Source: an uncultured Gemmataceae bacterium
Lineage (GTDB): Bacteria > Planctomycetota > Planctomycetia > Gemmatales > Gemmataceae
DNA: 64,000 nucleotides
Assembly: GCA_963750165.1 (NCBI GenBank)
Contig: CAVVPN010000011.1
Location: 416,001-480,000, forward strand
Direction of reading: 5' to 3'
Position 1 is the first letter of the stretch. Each line of letters opens with the position of its first letter. The notes under the pieces are model-generated. The model saw nothing but the letters and a program-made list of their open reading frames with translations, had not been told where the DNA came from and made no database searches. Below are positions 32,066 to 41,637 of the stretch, piece after piece. Made by a program: the position numbers and the translations under genes.

Positions 32066-32237
32066 ACGGCACCGACTTGATGGCGGAGATAACCTCCTCG
32101 TCGGTGACCTCGTCGGCAGTGCCGGCGAAGGTCGTGGTGCGCCGGTCCATGAGGATGGCGCGGTCGCTCTCGGCGTTGCCGCGCAAGGCGCTGATGAGCT
32201 GGCGGCGCTCCACGTCGTTGAGGGGACGAAAATCCAT
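32055..32237 (-). CDS. 60-aa peptide, candidate modifier/substrate of the E1-E2-JAB system
   Basis: GGAAGGGAG RBS, GC3-biased codons, lies between JAB and E2 genes; ends SVPCHY. Confidence 0.7.
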   Translation of the reverse strand: MDFRPLNDVERRQLISALRGNAESDRAILMDRRTTTFAGTADEVTDEEVISAIKSVPCHY

Positions 32238-32283
32238 GGCCTTGCTCCCTTCCAAGAAAAAAGAAACCAGACAACCGAAACCG

Positions 32284-33246
32284 CTAACTCTGTCCCGCGA
32301 GTTCCGCGAGCAGCAGGTACACGCCACGATCCAACCGCTCCTGTTCAGGGTCCACGCTCAGTAAATCATCTCCCCGCAGCAGGAAATAGGCAACCCCCTT
32401 CTTGTCGAGCATCAGCCGCAGCTGCTCGCCCGGCGCGGCCAGGGGAAACGTCACGGACAGCGCTGGACCGCTCGGCCCCGCCACCACGTCGAAGACCACG
32501 CGGGCCTGTTGCCGACACAGCCGGTCCAGTTGCTCCGCATACGTTTCCAGCACCGGCCACAACACATGCAACGGCCGTGCCAGATCCGGCCCCAATGTCA
32601 GCGTCACACCCAACGGACGGTAATGGCGGTCGCCGTCGCCCAGGCCGTACCACGAAAAACATAGCTCGCCCAGGCACTGCATGTGCGGCTGCGGCTGATG
32701 GGCGACCGTGGCATCACCGCGCGGCGGTTTGACATCGGCGGTGCCGATGCCGAACACGCCCTCCCCGCCCCGCAGCCGGCCGATCCATTGACTGTCGCCG
32801 TGGTAGTCGCCGTCGCTGGGGTGGCGCAGGCTGCCGGGGTGCGTGTGGACCACGCCGAGCATGGTCAGCCGGCGGTCCCACTGACGGACGACGCGGCTGG
32901 CCAGGGCCTGGCCGTCGCTGTTGAAGCGGACGTGGGCGACTCCCGCGTTGCGACCGGCGCCGGCCGGCAGCGTCGCCAGCACCACCGCCTCGTGGAGGTC
33001 GCGGACGCCGAGAAGCACCCAGCCGGTTTCCTCGTCGCCGCGCTGGCCAGTGCGGTGGGCAGTGAATTCGTCAAAGAGCGTCCGCGACACCTCATCGGTC
33101 AGGATGACGCGGTCGAGCCGTTCATACTTCCGCGGCCCAGTGGGCGGGGCCTCCAGCACCTCCGGGGCGGGAAGGCGATTGCGATACCACGCCCGGTACA
33201 GGTCGTTCAGCAGTCGGCTGGTGGTGCTGACCAGGGCTTGCAACAT
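32284..33246 (-). CDS. JAB/MPN metalloprotease with extra C-terminal domain
   Basis: EETGWVLLG and HTHPGSLRHPSDGD (E..HxH-x7-S-x2-D). Confidence 0.88.
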   Translation of the reverse strand: MLQALVSTTSRLLNDLYRAWYRNRLPAPEVLEAPPTGPRKYERLDRVILTDEVSRTLFDEFTAHRTGQRGDEETGWVLLGVRDLHEAVVLATLPAGAGRNAGVAHVRFNSDGQALASRVVRQWDRRLTMLGVVHTHPGSLRHPSDGDYHGDSQWIGRLRGGEGVFGIGTADVKPPRGDATVAHQPQPHMQCLGELCFSWYGLGDGDRHYRPLGVTLTLGPDLARPLHVLWPVLETYAEQLDRLCRQQARVVFDVVAGPSGPALSVTFPLAAPGEQLRLMLDKKGVAYFLLRGDDLLSVDPEQERLDRGVYLLLAELAGQS

Positions 33247-33611
33247 GCGCCTTGGCGTCTCCCAACGGAAGGCGAGCCACGGAGGGGCGGCCCAGAGAAC
33301 TGACAAGGGTGGCCCGTGGCCGGGCTCGACTTCCGTGCCGACAGCGTTCCCATCGCCACCTCATCATAGCGACGGGGGAAAGTGGTGTCAAAGACCAGTT
33401 CCCCCCGAGCGTGTCGTGTCGCGCCCGCGGGGGAGTTTCCGCGCCCTGCCGACCTGGGAGACCACGGGCCGTTTGTTGTAAAATACCATCATCCGGCGGC
33501 CGATTTTTCAACCCCCGGAAGACATTCTACGATACTGAAGAGGAAAAAAGCGCGGATTCGGCAGGGAACCACACGGCGGAGGGAACCGCGTCGCGCCTGA
33601 GGAGGTTTTTC

Positions 33612-33977
33612 ATGGTGCTGACCCAACCCCACCAGACCGTTGAGGACGAGGCCACGTTCGTCGGCCTGGTGACGTTGCTGCCCGGCCCGGATCGCAAGCG
33701 GCAGCCGAAGTCATATTTATATCGGTTGATCTATCGCAACCCGGTGCCGGGCGGTGTCGGCTGCGTCTCGACGTGGGAGGTCGAGGGCGGCCGTCTGGTG
33801 TACCAGGTGTCCCTGGAGCGGCAGGAGACGGGCCAGTTGCGCTGGCACTGCAGTTGCGCCGACGCCATCTATCGCGGTGAGGACGAGGGCCGGCCGTGCA
33901 AGCATGTGATCGGCATCATGAAGGCCAGCGCCGAGGTGCCGACGTGGGCTGGCCAGGACGTGCGGCGCACGGCGTGA
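33612..33977 (+). CDS. SWIM zinc-finger protein
   Basis: CSCAD...PCKH; GAGGAGG RBS. Confidence 0.8.
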   Translation: MVLTQPHQTVEDEATFVGLVTLLPGPDRKRQPKSYLYRLIYRNPVPGGVGCVSTWEVEGGRLVYQVSLERQETGQLRWHCSCADAIYRGEDEGRPCKHVIGIMKASAEVPTWAGQDVRRTA

Positions 33978-34097
33978 GCGGCGGGTTGTTCTGAGGAAGG
34001 AAAGGAGGAGAACGATGGCGACGAGGCAACCACGGTGCAGCCTGGAAGAGGCCGACCGGCGCGGCACCGCGCGGTACGAGCAGAAGGGCCGTCTCCC

Positions 34098-35071
34098 CTA
34101 CGCACTCCGCCGCAGCGGTTCGCCAACCCGGCCCGCCACTGCCCCTTCCTCCGCCTTCTCCCCCATGTACCGCCGCAACCGCAACTCCTGGTCAATCTCC
34201 TGCAAGCGCGGCACCAGGCCGCGGCCGTTGGCGATCTGGATGGCCAGCCCCGGCCGTGCGTTCGCCTCCAGCAGCATTGGCCCGTCCGCCTCATCGACGA
34301 CGATGTCAACGCCGACGTAGCCCAGGCCCACCGCCCGCGCCACCCGCCGCGACATCTCCAGCACCTGCTCCCAGTACGGCACCTGCATACCGACCACCGG
34401 CACGCCCGTGTCAGGGTGCTTCTCCACGAAATGGTTCTTGCGCACCGCGTGACAGGTGACGCCCGTGGCCAGATCGACGCCGGCGCCGATGCCGCCCTGG
34501 TGCAGGTTCGCGCGACCGCCAGACTCCTTCGTCGGCAGCCGCAGCATCGCCATCGCCGGTTCGTTGCGGTACAGGATGACGCGGATGTCCGGGATGCCCT
34601 TGAAGCTGATCGGCGTGAACGCCGCGTGCAACCGCACCCGCTGCTGCACAATCGCCTGGTCCGCATGGCCGCCCAGCGAATACATCCCCGAGAGGATGTC
34701 GGACAAATGCTGTCGCAATTCCTCCAGTTTCATCAACTCGCCGTTGTGGCGGACGTAGCGGCGGCCGTCGCGGCGCAGCACAACCAGGACGCCGCGGCCG
34801 GCGGAGCCGTGGTTCGGCTTCACCACAAAATCGCCGCGGCCGCCGAGGATGTCCGACAGCCGGCCGAGTTCGGAGTGGTAGCGCACCGCGGCGTAGACGC
34901 GCGGCGTCGGCACGCCGATCTGCTCGCACAGATCGCGCATGCGCAGCTTGTCGTCCACGATGGGGTACAGGCGCGCGGGTTGTGATCGAGGATGCAGGCG
35001 GCGTTGCGGCAGTTCATGCCGAGAATGCCGAGTTCGCGCAGGCGGCGGGCGGCGCGGAACAACCAGAGCAT
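34098..35071 (-). CDS. Alpha-L-glutamate ligase-like ATP-grasp protein (frameshift near 34980)
   Basis: GILGMNCRN, VDDKL, FVVKPNHGSAGRG, ANLHQGG, LEANARPGL. Confidence 0.88.
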
Positions 35072-35096
35072 GGGCTTCTCCAATAAAGAGAGGAGG

Positions 35097-35175
35097 ATCC
35101 ACAGATGACACAGATAACACAGATAAAGACAAACCAATTCTGTCTTTATCTGTGCTATCTGTGTCATCTGTGGAT
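35097..35175. repeat. Inverted 9-mer tandem palindrome
   Basis: ATCCACAGATGACACAGATAACACAGATAAAGAC...GTCTTTATCTGTGCTATCTGTGTCATCTGTGGAT. Confidence 0.8.
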
Positions 35176-35177
35176 CG

Positions 35178-36845
35178 TTATTTTGCCGTCACCGCCTCGT
35201 CGTTGCGGACGATGTGCAGGTTCAGCGCAATGCGCTCGGCGCTGACGTGCGGCGGCGGCGGCTTCAGGAAGTCGCGGAAGCGGAGCAGTTCGGACAGCCG
35301 GTAGCCGGTATAGCGGCCGATCAGCAGCATGCCCGCCATGGCCAACCCCAGCGTTTCGGGGTAGCGGAACAGATGCAGCACCAGCGCGGGGATGCTCAGC
35401 ACCAGGCTGATGGTCGCCGCGATCACCATCGTGCCGAACAGCGTCTTGAACGACGCCGCGGTGCCGTCCTCCGTCTCCAGCGTCCAGAAGCGTTCGATCA
35501 TGCCGGCGAGAATCACCATCGGAAACAGCGAGAAATAGCGCGTCACCGCCAGATCCTGGAAGTTCGCTGCCACGATGGCCATGAGCAGCACGAGCACCAC
35601 CAGCGTCAACAACAGAGCGTGCCGCGGCACCTGGAGCAGGTGGTAGCGGTCCAGCACGCGGCGCAGGCCCCAGCCGATCAGCACAATGGACACGAACACC
35701 AGGATGCCCGGCAGGCTGCGCAGGTCGCGGAACGCCAGGCCGACCAGCGCCGGCGCGAAGGTGCCGAAGCCGTGGATGCCGATGATGTTTCGGTAGACGC
35801 AGATGATGAGCGCCGCGATCGGCAGCAGCAGCAGAAACTCCGCCAGGTGGCGCTCGGCCGGCGGCAGCGCGTTCAGCGACGTGCGCATGAGGAACCCCCG
35901 CAGTCCGGACGGCTCGGCGGTTTGGCCGGGGGTGACCTTGTTCTCGACCAGGAAGGCGAAGTCGAGGTTGCGTGTCTGGTGGCCGCCGCGCACCAGCGGG
36001 AAGTCGCCGAAGCCGAAGACCAGGTACGTCGTCGGCACGCGGCCGCAGTAGCGATGGAAGGGGCACATCGGCATCCAGTAGTCGCCGACCCACGTCTCGA
36101 CCCAGACGTGGCCCTTCTGCTCGTTGCGTTTGCCGAGCGTCAGGCCGGTGACCAGACGGGCGGGAAGGCCGCGGTTGCGGCACAGCGCCACCAGCAGCCG
36201 GCTCTGCGCCGCCGCGCCGCCGCGGCGGTCGTGCAGGCACTCCACGGCACTGCGGCCGGCGGCAGTCGGGCCTGGCTCGTTGTCGATCTGCTCGTCCACC
36301 CAGCGGTACAGCGCCCGCGCCTGGTCCGTGGGCGCCGTCAACCCCTGGGTCAGTTCCATTGCCAGCTCGGTGATCTCCTCGTCGGCGGCGTCGATACGCG
36401 GCTCGCTCTGGACGTACTCGCCCGGCTTCGGCGCGGCGTACAGCGCTTCGCCCAGGCGGCGCATGGGCGAGGACGGGTGGCGCACGTCCACGCGGCAGAA
36501 GAACTCGTAGCGCGCCTGAATCGGCCCCTTCGGCGTGCCGACGCGCTGCACCCATTGCACCTGGCGGCGGTCGGACTGGCGGCCCTCGACGGCCCTGGCG
36601 ATCAGCTCCAGGCTGTCGTATTTTTCCTGGAAAATATGCTGCCGCTGGAAGTCGAGCGGGCAGGCCGTGACCAGCTTGGCGTCGCCGGTGCTCTTGCCGG
36701 TCACGACCATCGTGACCTTGTACGTGTTGGGGCCAGCGGGCGCTTGCAGGTCGTTGCCCAGCGCCTGCTGCCGCAGCAGCATCACCCCCACCGACAGCAC
36801 CGCCAGGACCGCGGCCGTCAGCACACACAGCGTCGTCCGTGACAT
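35178..36845 (-). CDS. Transglutaminase-like domain fused to 7TM domain (probably inactive)
   Basis: LCRNRGLPARLVTG, HVWVETW; GFGTFAP, LFPMVILAGMIER, GRYTGYRLSEL; no Cys at the expected catalytic site (GGAAAQ). Confidence 0.85.
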   Translation of the reverse strand: MSRTTLCVLTAAVLAVLSVGVMLLRQQALGNDLQAPAGPNTYKVTMVVTGKSTGDAKLVTACPLDFQRQHIFQEKYDSLELIARAVEGRQSDRRQVQWVQRVGTPKGPIQARYEFFCRVDVRHPSSPMRRLGEALYAAPKPGEYVQSEPRIDAADEEITELAMELTQGLTAPTDQARALYRWVDEQIDNEPGPTAAGRSAVECLHDRRGGAAAQSRLLVALCRNRGLPARLVTGLTLGKRNEQKGHVWVETWVGDYWMPMCPFHRYCGRVPTTYLVFGFGDFPLVRGGHQTRNLDFAFLVENKVTPGQTAEPSGLRGFLMRTSLNALPPAERHLAEFLLLLPIAALIICVYRNIIGIHGFGTFAPALVGLAFRDLRSLPGILVFVSIVLIGWGLRRVLDRYHLLQVPRHALLLTLVVLVLLMAIVAANFQDLAVTRYFSLFPMVILAGMIERFWTLETEDGTAASFKTLFGTMVIAATISLVLSIPALVLHLFRYPETLGLAMAGMLLIGRYTGYRLSELLRFRDFLKPPPPHVSAERIALNLHIVRNDEAVTAK

Positions 36846-36885
36846 GGATGGGCCTCTCATCCGTTGGGAAAGGATCGCTCTTTTC

Positions 36886-36947
36886 GTGGGGCAGACATTC
36901 CTGTCTGCCATCGTTGAAAGGTCGGCAGACAGGAATGTCTGCCCCAC
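36886..36947. repeat. REP doublet
   Basis: GTGGGGCAGACATTCCTGTCTGCC...GGCAGACAGGAATGTCTGCCCCAC. Confidence 0.8.
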
Positions 36948-36957
36948 GACAGGATGG

Positions 36958-38952
36958 TCAGTTCCACGCCACCTGGAAGCGCAGTTCGCCGCGTTCCCGG
37001 TCGGCGGCGCGCGGCACCGCCAGCAAATAGCCGCACCGCCGCCGGGCGTCCCACAGGAACGTCCAGTTGCGGCCCGGCAGACTGCCGCGCAGCCGCGGCG
37101 TCCGATCCGCCGGCGCCTGCGGCAAGTGAACTTCCACGAACACGAACTGCGTCAGTGCGTGCCGCTCCTCGTCGTCGGTTTCCTTGCTGCGCAGGCCCGC
37201 CAGGCGGCCGTTGGGCAGCATCGCCGTCTGATACTTGCTCGTCTTCACCTGCGGATAGTTCGACGGCAGCGTCACGGTGAGCCTCTTGCCGTCCACGACC
37301 TGCGACCGCACCGCCGGCAGCGCGTCCGCGGGCGCCGTGGCTCGCGGCAGGTGCAGCGTCGGGTCGCCCCAGAGCGTGAAGGCCCACGCGGAGCGCACGT
37401 TGGCGCCGCCCAGCTTCGCCTCGGTGCCGAGTCGCTTTTCCTTGAGCTGCGCGAACGCCAGCAGGAAATTCTTGGACTGGCGCAGCGACCCGCCCAGCGA
37501 CTGCTGCTCATACAGCAGAGCGTCGAAGAATGCCAGGGCCAGCGCTCCGCCGGAGCCGGAGTACGTCCGCGTCGAGGAGCCAATGACCGCGACGGCGCCG
37601 CACTCCAGGAACGGCTGCGCCTCCGGCGCCGCCAGGGCCATGCAGCTCTGCAGGAAGACCAGCGACGGTTGTAGCGTCTCCTTCCATTTGTGGATGCCGT
37701 ATTCGCGGGCGAGCGTGGTGTGGTGGCCCTCCCACAGAAAGATTGTCTGCTGGGGCAGCAGCCGGCGAATCGTCGCCTGGTTCACCTGACGGCCGAAGAA
37801 GGCGTTGGTTTCGTAGCCCGCGTTGCTGAACTCGCGGCTGGTGTTGCGGGCGAACATCTCCAGCAGCGGCAGGCCGCCGCCGGGATTGCTGACGATCAGC
37901 GCCTTCGGTGTTCCGGTCTGGGTGGCGAGCAGCCGCTGCCGGGCGAGCATCAGCATGACGAGGCCGCGGTCCGCGTGGAACAGCCGGCCGACGGCGAAAC
38001 TGAATGGCTCGCCGCCGCGCGGCGTCAGCGGCTCCATCTCAATGAAGCGATCCGCGCCGCCGACGACCGGGTTGGGCCGCTTCTCCACGGGGATCGCCTT
38101 CAGGTTGGCGAGCAGGATCACCGCGTCACAACCGGCCAGATCGGGGTTTTTCAGGGCGTCCTGCACGAGGGAGCGCACGTCGTCGCCAGCGTCGTTGGTC
38201 AGCAGCAGCGCGGCGCGGCGCTGCAGCGCCAGCCAGGGCGCCAGCGCCGACAGGCGGCCGTGTTTGTCGTCGGCGGGATTGGCAACCACGAACGTCTCGA
38301 TCGGTCCCTGCTTGCGTAGATGGCGGATGTGCTCGGCTTGCACGGCCTGCTCGTCCGGCAGCGGCACCACGGCCGCTTTGGTCAGGCCGAGGCAGTGCTC
38401 CGCGCCGGCGCCGACGGCCAGGATTTCTTTCGTGTGCCAGGCCAGCAGGCGGCGCTTCAGGTCAGCGCGTTCCGCCGGGGCGCCGTTGGTGACCACGAGC
38501 GGCACCCGCAGCACACCGGCCAAGCACGCGGCCTGGAGCAGCAGCCGCCGCGGTTGCGCCGGACAGACGACCGCGCGGCGGGCCAGCGGATATAGCGCGC
38601 GCTCCAGTGCCTTTGGCGGGCCGCGCTGCCAGGCGCGACGCGGCGCTGTCTTGAGGCCCAACCGCTCCTCCATGTCCGCCACCGATTCCGGGAACTCGCC
38701 GACGGGCACGAGCTGGTCGGGCTGGAACGCCTGCAGGAAGGCCCGGGTGGTTTTGGCAGCGGCGGGCGAATCGAGCAGGACGACGCCAGGATTCGGGCTG
38801 GCGGCGACGGCGGTGGTGAACGCGATCAACTCCTCGTCGGACATCTGGCCAGCGAGGAAGATGGTGCGTTCGCCGTGAGCGGCGGCCGGCGTCGGGGCGG
38901 CGAACAGACCGGCGACAACGACGAACAACGTCACGGTGGCTCGGTGGAGCAC
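36958..38952 (-). CDS. Secreted C25 (gingipain-like) cysteine peptidase-family protein
   Basis: Signal peptide; FAVGRL, WEGHH, LQSC, TLWGDP. Confidence 0.7.
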   Translation of the reverse strand: MLHRATVTLFVVVAGLFAAPTPAAAHGERTIFLAGQMSDEELIAFTTAVAASPNPGVVLLDSPAAAKTTRAFLQAFQPDQLVPVGEFPESVADMEERLGLKTAPRRAWQRGPPKALERALYPLARRAVVCPAQPRRLLLQAACLAGVLRVPLVVTNGAPAERADLKRRLLAWHTKEILAVGAGAEHCLGLTKAAVVPLPDEQAVQAEHIRHLRKQGPIETFVVANPADDKHGRLSALAPWLALQRRAALLLTNDAGDDVRSLVQDALKNPDLAGCDAVILLANLKAIPVEKRPNPVVGGADRFIEMEPLTPRGGEPFSFAVGRLFHADRGLVMLMLARQRLLATQTGTPKALIVSNPGGGLPLLEMFARNTSREFSNAGYETNAFFGRQVNQATIRRLLPQQTIFLWEGHHTTLAREYGIHKWKETLQPSLVFLQSCMALAAPEAQPFLECGAVAVIGSSTRTYSGSGGALALAFFDALLYEQQSLGGSLRQSKNFLLAFAQLKEKRLGTEAKLGGANVRSAWAFTLWGDPTLHLPRATAPADALPAVRSQVVDGKRLTVTLPSNYPQVKTSKYQTAMLPNGRLAGLRSKETDDEERHALTQFVFVEVHLPQAPADRTPRLRGSLPGRNWTFLWDARRRCGYLLAVPRAADRERGELRFQVAWN

Positions 38953-39378
38953 AGTGAAGACCTCTGGTCACGATTGGCTGGCGGGGTTCCGAGGCCCGGC
39001 CGACGAAAAACGTGCGGCGAAGAAGTGCCGTCGCGCTGCGGGGGTATTAGTGCGCCAAAGCGTCGAAAGATGCTAGAGGAGCTGCCGCCGGGGTCACGGG
39101 CGGGGAGGCTGGATAGGCCGCGCAAGACGCGCGAACTGATGGGACAGCGACGGTGGCCCGGCACTGCCGCCCGTCTTTCTGCCGCTTGCGGCTTAGCGCG
39201 CTCCCCCCTCCCGTGACAGAATCCGCCGTTCGGCTGCACTGCTTCAGCCACAATGACATCGACCGTTCTAGAGATGTCGGCGGGGGCTTTTCCGTAGTTC
39301 GGCGTGCCACTTGCATTCCGGCTGCGTGGCGATTACTCTCCTAGCGGGCGCTGGCGCAGCGCGGCGCCCGCTAGGAGA

Positions 39379-39596
39379 GTAAAATCGGGAACCGCAACCC
39401 TGTTAGGCGCACGGCGCCCTAATCATCTGGTTCGGCGGGTGTCGGCATGCCCTCCCCGGGCATTTCCGATAAAAAAAGTGCGCGCTTATTGACTTTCGAG
39501 ATTCGACCGGTTACGCTCCGCTCCGCTGGTGAACGTAAAACCTGAAACAGTGACCTTGTTAGGGCGCACGGCGCGCCCTAATCACCTGGTTCGGGC
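39379..39596 (+). mobile_element. Duplicated attI-like sites heading cassette array 2
   Basis: Two direct copies of TGTTAGG(G)CGCACGGC..GCCCTAATCAYCTGGTTCGG. Confidence 0.45.
39489..39517 (+). promoter_or_regulatory. sigma70-type promoter (Pc-like)
   Basis: TTGACT-17bp-TACGCT pointing into the array. Confidence 0.6.
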
Positions 39597-39614
39597 ACAA
39601 AGGGAGGCTGGAGC

Positions 39615-40730
39615 ATGTTCAAGGAGCGTTCCATGCGAATTTCCCCGACGATGGGTCTGGCTTTGGTGCTATTGCTAACGACAGCAGTCACCGCCACAGG
39701 GGCACTGAGCGCCACCGCACCGGCACAGAAGACTGATGTCGTGGCCGAAGAAAAAGCGGCCGCCGCCATTGACAAATCGGGGGGGAAATTGTCAGAGATG
39801 AGAAACTCAATGGCGCGGTCGTGTGGGTGAGGTTCAGAATCAACTCAGGAACCGATGAGGAGTTGGCGCCCTTGCGGGCGTTTTCCAAATTACGCCAGCC
39901 TGCATCTCAGCTTCTCCAAGGTGACGGGGGCGGGACTGGTTCACCTGAAGGGGTTGACCGAATTGGAAGTGCTGGAGTTGGGGCACAGCAAGGTCTCAGA
40001 CGACGGGTTGGACTACCTCAAGGGGTTGACGAAACTGAGGTTCCTCTCCCTGTCTGGGACGCAGGTCACGGACAAGGGGTTGGAGCGGCTGAAGGGCTTG
40101 GTCGGACTGGACGGGTTAGAACTCCAGCATACGCAGGTCACGGACGAAGGGTTGGTTTACCTCAGCGGCCTGAGAAAACTTGAGAGCCTGAGTCTGTCCG
40201 GGAAGGCGGTGACAGACAAGGGGCTTGCTCGTCTGAAGCATCTGACCGCATTGCGTTGGTTATCCCTGCCGCAAACTCAGGTGACAGATGAGGGACTGGT
40301 GCACCTCCAGGACATGACCAACCTTCAGTCGTTGGACCTGGCGTTTACTCCGCTGAAAGGCAAAGGTTTGACCCACCTGAAAAAAATGGTAAAACTTGAG
40401 GGTTTGAACCTCGGTGACACGCAGGTGACGGATGAAGGGTTGATCCACCTGAAGGGATTGAAAAACTTGCGGAGGTTAAGCCTCAGCGGCACCAGGGTGA
40501 CGGACAAGGGGCTGACTCATCTCGCAGAATTGACGGCGCTTGAGAGCTTGTCGCTCGTCCTGACGAGGGTAACGGATACGGGAGTGAAGAGCCTGAAACA
40601 GGCGCTACCCGAAGTTGCGCGTCAACTGAGAAACCGTGCCGCTCGGAAAGAGGAAAAGGGTCGGGTTAAGTTTTCTGAAATGAATTGCCAGACAAGCAAG
40701 GAAACAGCCCGAACCAGGTGTTGCACGTGA
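39615..40730 (+). CDS. Secreted leucine-rich repeat protein (frameshifted near 39785 and 39895)
   Basis: Signal peptide; 24-aa LxLxxTQVTDxGLxHLKGL repeats. Confidence 0.85.
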
Positions 40731-40797
40731 CGGGCCAACTGAGATCAATCGGATGCGCCCAGGTCATTCGGCCCGCGCGTGAACTGGGTTGTTCGGC
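40708..40797 (+). mobile_element. attC-like site (family A, copy 4)
   Basis: CCCGAAC...GTTCGGC, highly similar to copy 1. Confidence 0.8.
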
Positions 40798-40838
40798 GGA
40801 TTTAAGGCGGAACTGCTGAGCACGACCGGGAGAATGCG

Positions 40839-41321
40839 ATGACAGTGAAACCCAATAGCACGAACCGTACGCCGGAGGCCCAGCTCCGGGCCTACATCGA
40901 CAAGCTTGATCCGAAGATTCAGAAGCTCTTTCGATCGGTCCGGGCTGCTGTGCGTAAGCGATTCCCGACCGCCAACGAACTGGCGTACGACTACAGTCAC
41001 GCCCTCGTCATCGGCTATTCGCCGGCGGACCGAGGGATCGATGCCATCGTGGCGATCCGCGCCTGTGCCACCGGTGTGTCTCTGTACTTCAGTCAGGGAC
41101 CTCAGCTGCCCGACCCGAAGCGGCTTCTGCGGGGATCGGGAAAGCAGACTCGCTTCATCCAGGTGGAGGCGGCCAGCCAGTTGGCACATCCAGACGTGGA
41201 AGCGCTGATCGCCGCTACGATTGATCAGGCGAGGATTCCGTTGCCATCCAGGGGAAAGGGCAGTCTCATCATCAAGTCGGATGGTGCGAAGAAGCCGCCA
41301 CGCCGGAAGCCGACGAAGTGA
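40839..41321 (+). CDS. DUF1801/YdhG-like protein
   Basis: ELAYDY, LYFSQG..LPDPKRLLRGSGKQTRFI. Confidence 0.75.
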   Translation: MTVKPNSTNRTPEAQLRAYIDKLDPKIQKLFRSVRAAVRKRFPTANELAYDYSHALVIGYSPADRGIDAIVAIRACATGVSLYFSQGPQLPDPKRLLRGSGKQTRFIQVEAASQLAHPDVEALIAATIDQARIPLPSRGKGSLIIKSDGAKKPPRRKPTK

Positions 41322-41428
41322 CGGCGGGCGTTGCTGAGGCAACGTGTCCCAGACGAGCATGGGTGGGGGTCTCGTCCGCGTGAGCGAGGTGCCGGGAAAG
41401 AAAAAGGGGTCAGGTTTATTTAATCCGG

Positions 41429-41517
41429 CCCGAACCAGTTGTTGCACGTGACGGGCCAACTGAGGTTGCAGCTGAGCATTGAGTCGAGTGGCCCGCACGT
41501 GAACTGAGTTGTTCGGC
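41429..41517 (+). mobile_element. attC-like site (family A, copy 5)
   Basis: CCCGAAC-CAGTT-GTTGCACGTGACGGGCC...GGCCCGCACGTGAAC-TGAGTT-GTTCGGC. Confidence 0.8.
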
Positions 41518-41637
41518 CACAGAGGCTTCACGGATGGCGGCACTCCCGAGTCACCCCCAATTGAGCAAACCGGGCGGAGGCAATGAGGGAGTTCGTCCAC
41601 GGACACGCGGTAGGTCGTTCCGGGAGATACACCCGAT

